Source: a virus (Duplodnaviria; Caudoviricetes). From it: 43,817 nucleotides of DNA. The position numbers were made by a program, and so were the translations under genes. The stretch is taken from IMG/VR virus record IMGVR_UViG_3300017721_001604, positions 1 through 43,817 of that record; one strand, given 5' to 3'. The notes beneath the pieces are model-generated. The model made no database searches. It saw only the letters and a list, made by a program, of their open reading frames with translations, and was not told where the DNA came from. Of the stretch, positions 38,099 to 43,817 are shown in pieces (the stretch's first letter is position 1; each line of letters opens with the position of its first letter).

Positions 38099-41000
38099 CT
38101 ATATAGTATATTTAATTAAGACATTCATTACTGTCTCAATTGTTCCAGATCCTGTATTTTCGACAACAAACAATAAAGTGTCATCTTTAGAAAAGGATGC
38201 TCCAGAAATATTAAATGTATCAGAATCATACCCGAATAGGTTAAAGCTAATAGACTCTATTTCAACATACAACTCTTCAAGCTGAAGTGCTTCGCCTTGA
38301 GCTATTTTGTATACCTTTAGAGTTCCGATTCTCGTTCCTGCGCTAATATTTTTTAATGTTATTTTTAATATTTCACCGTCCGCAAAAGACGGCAGTAAAG
38401 CATGGTCGGTTATTGCATTTGCAGCGTCAGAAAGTGTTGCGGAACCATATGTAACGCTGTGATCATCATCTCTAGACTTGAATCTGAAGAAAGCAAACGT
38501 GTTAGTGGTATCAACAAGAACCCTGGCAGTATAAGCACACGAAATAGGATAAGTTCCTGAGATCGTTAAGTCTCCGCCTATATTCAAACTGCCTGATATA
38601 TCAGCTGATGCGTTTATATCTACAGTAGCGTCAAATGTTGTAGTGGAGCTAAATGTTGTATTACCATCTACTTCTAAATTTCCTTGAACTTCTATATCAC
38701 TTCTAACAACTACCCCAATAGATGCGGAAGAATTGCTTAAATAAACTGCATCATTACTAAGCCTTGAAGAATCTGAAGTATTAAAAATTTCTATTTTGTC
38801 TGAGAATATTGAATCTCTAGCGTATATATCTTCCGAAGCTATTATGCTTCCAGAAAAGTAGCTGGAGTTTTTGATAATAGAAAATCCCGCAGGAGATGCA
38901 TCTGTTATATTTGCAAATCCAGCACAAATTATCTGATCACTAGCAGAATAAAATGATTTGCAAATATTTGAATAAACCGATATGTTAGATGCCTCATTTG
39001 ATCTTGACATTATTAATGATGAAGATATGTCATCTTGACTGATTAGTGGATCATAGATATTTGACAATGCCGTCCAAGAGTTATTTGAAATTATAATATT
39101 TTTAAAAAACTCAGTCCCGCCCTCTAAAAATATACCAGACTTTAAAAAGTTACATCTATCGACAGTAAAGTTTCCTTTATTTATACCAACTGTAGATAAA
39201 GATTTTAAAAATATGCACTGTCTATCAAACTCTGTCGGTGTACCGGTATCAGGATTTCCATCAAAAGTTACATTTATAAACTCATGAGATGTTTCAAATG
39301 CAGAACCACCATTATCAATTTTTGGATCAATTAAATAAATTCTTGAATTCTTTAGAGATAGATCTTTTAAAATCACCTTTCCAAATGTTAGATTGCCATA
39401 ACCAATTTTTGTCGGAAAGGTTGTAATGCCACTTCCTGCAATGTAAATACCACCACGATTCTCAAACTCTGTATACTTGTCTGAGCCAGAAGTTGTACTC
39501 CACTCCTCAGTTATGTCAATAACAGTCGTATCTCCTTCGCCTGATATTATAACAGGGAAGTCTATCCAAATGCCATCTTGATCTATAACTTCATCATAAG
39601 ACGTAGCGGTAAATCTAGTTGTAGGGTTGTCAGAATGATTTATGTTTATTTTATAAGTTCCAGACTTTAATTTTACGGTTGGAGTACCAACACCTGGAAA
39701 TATTTCGGAAAATCTTTTTGCATACCCCAAAGCTTTGTTTATAGAGCTGAAGTGAGCAAATGCATCATTTGGAGATACTTTTATTTCATTTAATATTTTA
39801 AAATCTAAATCACTTATAAGTAGTCTTAAATCAAATACAGAAAACAAGCCTCCTGCATACTCAACAGTCGCAACAACTGTGAAGTTTTCTTGAGAGAATG
39901 GATTGGAACATGCAGATGCAGTTGCCGCTTTCGCCACAACATTACCAAATCTGTCTATTGCGATAAAATATTTTGAATCCGTAGAAGATGATATATCAGT
40001 TGTTATCTCAGCATTTTTTATCTCAAATCTTTTACCAGAGACATAAGCAATGCCAGATTTTATAGAAAATAAATATTCAGTTCCGGATAAAGCGGGATTG
40101 GTTATTTCCAATCCATAAACAACTCCGTTTGACCTTAATTCATCATATCTTTTATTTATATGTTCTTTTACAAACTCATCAGATATATTGCCCAGACCAA
40201 AGTTACCATTCTTCACAGGCTTTATCTTTCTAAAAAAGTTATCCGAACCCGTCAAAAGCTGTCTGTATCTGTCAAACTTTACAGAACCCAAAGAAAGACA
40301 GGCATTATCATTGTTGTTTTTTATAATATAAATATTTTTAGAATAAGGAGAAGTAGATATGGATGATATAAGGCCAGACAGATTCCTGACTCTAAACTCA
40401 ATAACCTTGTTTGTATTTGAAAATATATCAAGACTATAAACACCTTGGTTGGCATTTATAAAGTACTCAGATGAATCTATACCAACTATTAAGCCGTCAC
40501 TTGGAGATGCCGGATCTATTAGATTTATTGTAAGTAAATGTTCTGTAGTCTCATCGGATACAGAAGTTGAGAATAGATCAAATAAAGGCTCAGTTCCAGA
40601 TATTATATTCTCATATTCTAAGTTTGCTTGAGAGTATATGTCAAAATCTTTTGTCATAAATATATCAAGATTTATTGTTGCATTTATAGAAGAGCTAAGT
40701 TTTTCAGGAACTAAGAAGTCAAAGCCTATTGAATTTTTAACAACCTCTATTTTATAGCCCGAACCATTTGTTCCGCTTAAAAGTTTTCCGGTTTTTAGAT
40801 CAACAGTAATTTCGTCTTGCGTCACGCTCTTTACTAAATAAGTTCCAGTGTCAGAACCTCTGTCGTATATGGTAATCAGATCATTTAATTTAATGCCAAG
40901 ATCTATAAAGTTTTCTCCGGACTCTTCTGAGCTTATTCTATTTGAATTTGACACAGGAAGAACTTCCGTTGATGACAAAACAGTTAACAAAGAAGAACTC

Positions 41001-42496
41001 TCTTCTCCGTTTAGATGAAACTTACTTCCATAGTTACCGTAAATGCTTTTATCTTTAAAATCTGCAAAGCCTAAATGATTTAAAGATAAATTTGATGACT
41101 GCAATTTAATATAATATGTTTTTTGTGCGCTATTAATAAGATCAAGAGAAAGGCAGATTCTTGATCCACCGGATGTCTCAATGCGGAAAGCAGAAGCCGG
41201 AAAGTTTTCAGAGCAAAACTGTTCATTTAATCTTGATACAATAGAGTCAATTCCATTTCCAGAAGGGTTTGTCGTAGATACCTCTAAACTTCTAAACGAA
41301 TCACAATGAATTGTAAATAAACTATTTGACCCGTCTATGCTATTAGGAAAAACAACATCAGAAATTATAAATGTAGAGTTTGGGTTTACAACCTTTATAG
41401 TTTTTGAAAAAGATAAATTTGATGTAAAGACAGGGGAAAGTGAAAAACCAGAAACATTAGATTCTTTATAGGGGTTAGAGTAAATGCTGGCAGAAACAGA
41501 AGATAGACTGTTTGCAGAAAATATTCCAAATATAATAATTGTATTTGTAGACGAGTCAACTTTAAATATTTGATAGGCGAAATTATCAATGACAATGTAA
41601 TCAAACTTTTTAGGATCAGAAACTAGTGTGCCAGAGTAGGTTATTTCTGTTTTAAAACTATCATCTGAAGGTGTATATTTGAAATAAGATATTGAAACAT
41701 TATCTTCCAAAAGCATTCCGAATCCTGAGCTTCCAGTAATGCTCGCTGATTTTAAATATCCATTTTCAAAATATAAATCTTTTAAATCTTTAATTATAGT
41801 ATTTTCAGTTCCAGTAAGTTCATCTATAGCACCCTGTACAGAGCTTGAAACAATAGGTGTGTTTGAAGAGTCATAAAAAATTTGATTTGCAGAATGAGAA
41901 TTGTTAGTTTCAGAAATATTCAAACCAGAAAAGTTTATGTGCTTATGAACAATTTCATTTATAAAATCTTCTAAAGACTGTATTTCTAAATTTAATGTTG
42001 CAATATCACTTATAACACTACTTATCTTTTCAATTCTTATATTCTTACCAAGATGTGCTGCAACAGCGTTTTTATCTATGTGTATAGCTAAGGACAAAGA
42101 AACTTCTTTGACCTGCTTTATAATGTTATCGAGATGATTTGAAATATAAACTATTTGACCATATAAACTGCTGGTTGAGTAATCTAAGTCAACCTTAGAT
42201 TCTTCGATCCTTGCACCATCGGCAATATCTTCATTTTTAATCGGCCCCTGTAAAAGGTTTAGTGCAGATACTGCAGAGTTCTTTATGTTTCCAAGTTCGT
42301 CCAAAGATCGGCTAAGCCTGTCGGAAACACTTATGGACTCGTCACCATTTGGAAGTGTTCCAAGAGTTTTTTCTATCTGTATAACCGCAGATCTTAAAGA
42401 ATTAATAACTTCAGACCCCACCTGAATAAGATTGTCTCTAACAATTGGTAGTTCTACGGATGAGTCTATTTTGCTTGGATATTTTGACTTGGACAT
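38099..42496 (-). CDS. Fibre/spike protein B (1465 aa) with beta-helix-like domain and extra C-terminal beta-repeat/tip domain
   Basis: SHSANQIFY..SSVQGAIDEL; AHFSSINKAL..TVKLKSGTY..ISGEGDTTVI beta-helix cap; IEVQGNLEVDGNTTF..ISGSLNIGGDLTISG repeats. Confidence 0.7.
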   Translation of the reverse strand: MSKSKYPSKIDSSVELPIVRDNLIQVGSEVINSLRSAVIQIEKTLGTLPNGDESISVSDRLSRSLDELGNIKNSAVSALNLLQGPIKNEDIADGARIEESKVDLDYSTSSLYGQIVYISNHLDNIIKQVKEVSLSLAIHIDKNAVAAHLGKNIRIEKISSVISDIATLNLEIQSLEDFINEIVHKHINFSGLNISETNNSHSANQIFYDSSNTPIVSSSVQGAIDELTGTENTIIKDLKDLYFENGYLKSASITGSSGFGMLLEDNVSISYFKYTPSDDSFKTEITYSGTLVSDPKKFDYIVIDNFAYQIFKVDSSTNTIIIFGIFSANSLSSVSASIYSNPYKESNVSGFSLSPVFTSNLSFSKTIKVVNPNSTFIISDVVFPNSIDGSNSLFTIHCDSFRSLEVSTTNPSGNGIDSIVSRLNEQFCSENFPASAFRIETSGGSRICLSLDLINSAQKTYYIKLQSSNLSLNHLGFADFKDKSIYGNYGSKFHLNGEESSSLLTVLSSTEVLPVSNSNRISSEESGENFIDLGIKLNDLITIYDRGSDTGTYLVKSVTQDEITVDLKTGKLLSGTNGSGYKIEVVKNSIGFDFLVPEKLSSSINATINLDIFMTKDFDIYSQANLEYENIISGTEPLFDLFSTSVSDETTEHLLTINLIDPASPSDGLIVGIDSSEYFINANQGVYSLDIFSNTNKVIEFRVRNLSGLISSISTSPYSKNIYIIKNNNDNACLSLGSVKFDRYRQLLTGSDNFFRKIKPVKNGNFGLGNISDEFVKEHINKRYDELRSNGVVYGLEITNPALSGTEYLFSIKSGIAYVSGKRFEIKNAEITTDISSSTDSKYFIAIDRFGNVVAKAATASACSNPFSQENFTVVATVEYAGGLFSVFDLRLLISDLDFKILNEIKVSPNDAFAHFSSINKALGYAKRFSEIFPGVGTPTVKLKSGTYKININHSDNPTTRFTATSYDEVIDQDGIWIDFPVIISGEGDTTVIDITEEWSTTSGSDKYTEFENRGGIYIAGSGITTFPTKIGYGNLTFGKVILKDLSLKNSRIYLIDPKIDNGGSAFETSHEFINVTFDGNPDTGTPTEFDRQCIFLKSLSTVGINKGNFTVDRCNFLKSGIFLEGGTEFFKNIIISNNSWTALSNIYDPLISQDDISSSLIMSRSNEASNISVYSNICKSFYSASDQIICAGFANITDASPAGFSIIKNSSYFSGSIIASEDIYARDSIFSDKIEIFNTSDSSRLSNDAVYLSNSSASIGVVVRSDIEVQGNLEVDGNTTFSSTTTFDATVDINASADISGSLNIGGDLTISGTYPISCAYTARVLVDTTNTFAFFRFKSRDDDHSVTYGSATLSDAANAITDHALLPSFADGEILKITLKNISAGTRIGTLKVYKIAQGEALQLEELYVEIESISFNLFGYDSDTFNISGASFSKDDTLLFVVENTGSGTIETVMNVLIKYTI
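42155..42496 (-). repeat. Duplicated 5' region, copy in fibre B
   Basis: Matches 37749-38090 at an offset of 4406 nt. Confidence 0.9.
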
Positions 42497-42505
42497 ATTA
42501 AAAAC

Positions 42506-42931
42506 CTATTTGTCTATATAATTATCATTAATATAATCTATAGCAATAAAAGATAATACCGTAGCGACAAAAGTAGTACCAATTATTATATTATTTTCTA
42601 GATCATTATATTTTATTTTCTCTCTATACTTCTCATTTTGAAGATCTAAAGATTTTATTATTTTATTATAATTTTCTTCCTTTAGCTTGTATGTTTCATC
42701 TAAATCTTCATACAAGGTGTCTTTTCTCTGCATAAGGCTATACATTTTTTCATATTCTAAAAGAATTTTTTCTTTTTTTTCAAGCTCCGCAAGTCTTTCT
42801 TTAAGTCTTTCGGCTTCGTCAATGGAAAAGACATATGAGTCTTCCTCTAAGACCTGACCTTTTTTCTTTATATCTCCAGCAAATACACTAGGCAATAATA
42901 TCAACAGAAATGTTACCAAGTTCATCTTCAT
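42506..42931 (-). CDS. Signal peptide + coiled coil + C-terminal TM protein (possible spanin-like)
   Basis: MKMNLVTFLLILLPSVFA signal with no lipobox Cys, long heptad region, IIIGTTFVATVLSFIAI hydrophobic tail. Confidence 0.6.
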   Translation of the reverse strand: MKMNLVTFLLILLPSVFAGDIKKKGQVLEEDSYVFSIDEAERLKERLAELEKKEKILLEYEKMYSLMQRKDTLYEDLDETYKLKEENYNKIIKSLDLQNEKYREKIKYNDLENNIIIGTTFVATVLSFIAIDYINDNYIDK

Positions 42932-43082
42932 ACTCTACCTTGTCAGAAATAAGTTCTTCTAACTCTTTTTTGTTTAATTTTAAGATATGCCTATCTTCAA
43001 TCTCTTTTGAGATTTTTAAAATTTCTTTTTTCATATTTTCATCATCTATACTAGAAGCTAGCTTTTTCAAATCTTTAATCAT
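42888..43082 (-). CDS. Hypothetical charged helical protein, 64 aa
   Basis: Best start is the ATG at 43082 after GAGG (MIKDLKKLASS), just after the upstream stop. Overlaps the next gene by 44 nt. Confidence 0.5.
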   Translation of the reverse strand: MIKDLKKLASSIDDENMKKEILKISKEIEDRHILKLNKKELEELISDKVEYEDELGNISVDIIA

Positions 43083-43083
43083 T

Positions 43084-43374
43084 TTAAAAACCTCTTTTGT
43101 CAAAAAAAGAATCCAAACCTTCATTGTTTTTTTCTTTTTCTATATTTTTAATATTATTTCTATGCTGTTCAATTTCTTTGTTCAACGAATCAACATCTTC
43201 TTTTACTCTAATAGTATTCTTGTCAAGAATGTCATTCCTTCCTTTTAATCTATCTACAGACTCCTCTTCCTCTTTTCTGGTTAGACCTGACAGGAAGAAG
43301 AACGAAACAATCGCTGCAAAAACTATAACTATAACGGATATTGTTTTTTTAAAAAAAGACTTAATCGTTCTCAT
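43084..43374 (-). CDS. Inner-membrane spanin-like protein (N-terminal TM + coiled coil)
   Basis: Basic N-terminus, ISVIVIVFAAIVSFFFLSGL TM, then heptad coiled coil. Overlaps the holin-like gene. Confidence 0.55.
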   Translation of the reverse strand: MRTIKSFFKKTISVIVIVFAAIVSFFFLSGLTRKEEEESVDRLKGRNDILDKNTIRVKEDVDSLNKEIEQHRNNIKNIEKEKNNEGLDSFFDKRGF

Positions 43375-43618
43375 CTAAAGCGCCATTTTCTGATGAATAT
43401 TTCTTATCAGTCCACCTTCTAGATACATAAGCAGTAAATGTGGCTCCCAAATAAGCAGTCATTGTTCCCGTATCTAGTGCTGAAAGTATAACCGGATTTC
43501 CAAAGATTGTAATTTCTGAAAATGTTGACAAGAGTAAGTTAATCGTAACTACAGTAAATGATATTACTGCGAATGTTAACATAGCATCTTTTTTACCTGA
43601 TGTATTTTTAAACCACAT
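43361..43618 (-). CDS. Holin-like two-TM membrane protein, ~85 aa
   Basis: Best start is the ATG at 43618 after GGAG (MWFKNTSGKKDAMLTF). Two hydrophobic segments and a charged tail SRRWTDKK. Confidence 0.55.
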   Translation of the reverse strand: MWFKNTSGKKDAMLTFAVISFTVVTINLLLSTFSEITIFGNPVILSALDTGTMTAYLGATFTAYVSRRWTDKKYSSENGALDEND

Positions 43619-43681
43619 GTTTTCTCCGTTGTTGTATATAAGTAATCGATTGTGTTTGACTGGAAAAGTCAAGGATATTTG

Positions 43682-43816
43682 TTATCCGTTTTGTCTTTTT
43701 TCAAGTTCTTCCACTTCTTGAATGAGTTCGGCATATTCACGAAGTTTTCCAATTCGCTGAAACTCTGTTGCCTGTGCGAGTTTTTTATGTATTTCTTTTC
43801 TGTTATTCTCATAAGT
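43682..43816 (-). CDS. Partial small helical protein resembling the DUF6435 family (3' end only)
   Basis: Not in the track. Reads TYENNRKEIHKKLAQATEFQRIGKLREYAELIQEVEELEKRQNG*, similar to the KLxxAxxxQRxGxxRxYAxL pattern I recall for that family. Confidence 0.45.
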   Translation of the reverse strand, partial: TYENNRKEIHKKLAQATEFQRIGKLREYAELIQEVEELEKRQNG

Positions 43817-43817
43817 A

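Noticed and set aside
37749-42496. Fibre duplication as a DGR template/variable repeat or an invertible shufflon
   Set aside because: The repeats are direct, N-terminal and both coding. Mismatches are not adenine-specific, and no reverse transcriptase or invertase is present.
530-43378. All plus-strand ORFs in the track, including the 207-aa ones at 6180..6803 and 12962..13585
   Set aside because: They lie antisense to long minus-strand genes, are Ser/Leu/Phe-rich and show no recognisable motifs. They look like shadow ORFs.
43619-43672. Track start of the holin-like ORF at 43672 (and 43124 for the 78-aa ORF)
   Set aside because: Downstream ATGs at 43618 and 43082 have better RBSs; the 43082 start also avoids overlapping the upstream gene.
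1-43817. Stop-codon reassignment as seen in some large phages
   Set aside because: TAA, TAG and TGA all end genes right before the next start, and code 11 gives near-complete coding density.
1-43817. CRISPR arrays, tRNA/rRNA genes, IS elements, introns or inteins
   Set aside because: Intergenic gaps are under ~100 nt with no periodic repeats. I saw no transposase, homing endonuclease or intein motifs by eye.

Overview
AT-rich, densely packed window in which every credible gene lies on the minus strand. It reads as the contractile-tail morphogenesis region of a large myovirus-type phage. No capsid, terminase or portal gene is visible in the window. In transcription order (right to left): partial DUF6435-like small protein; holin/spanin-like membrane cassette with no endolysin; two paralogous giant fibre/spike proteins; two small genes; tail terminator/completion protein; oversized sheath (1137 aa); tube; intrinsic terminator; an inserted lipoprotein gene; tail assembly chaperone with a clear -1 frameshift signal (A AAA AAC plus hairpin); short tape measure (604 aa); tube initiator; giant hub (1628 aa); gp5/VgrG-like spike; an unexplained 2480-aa protein with a Cys-rich hydrophobic helical block, coupled to a 646-aa protein; gp25-like and gpJ-like wedge proteins; and a >1329-aa wedge/LamG protein that runs off the left edge and is missing from the ORF track. 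All product calls come from motifs and gene order read by eye, not from database searches.
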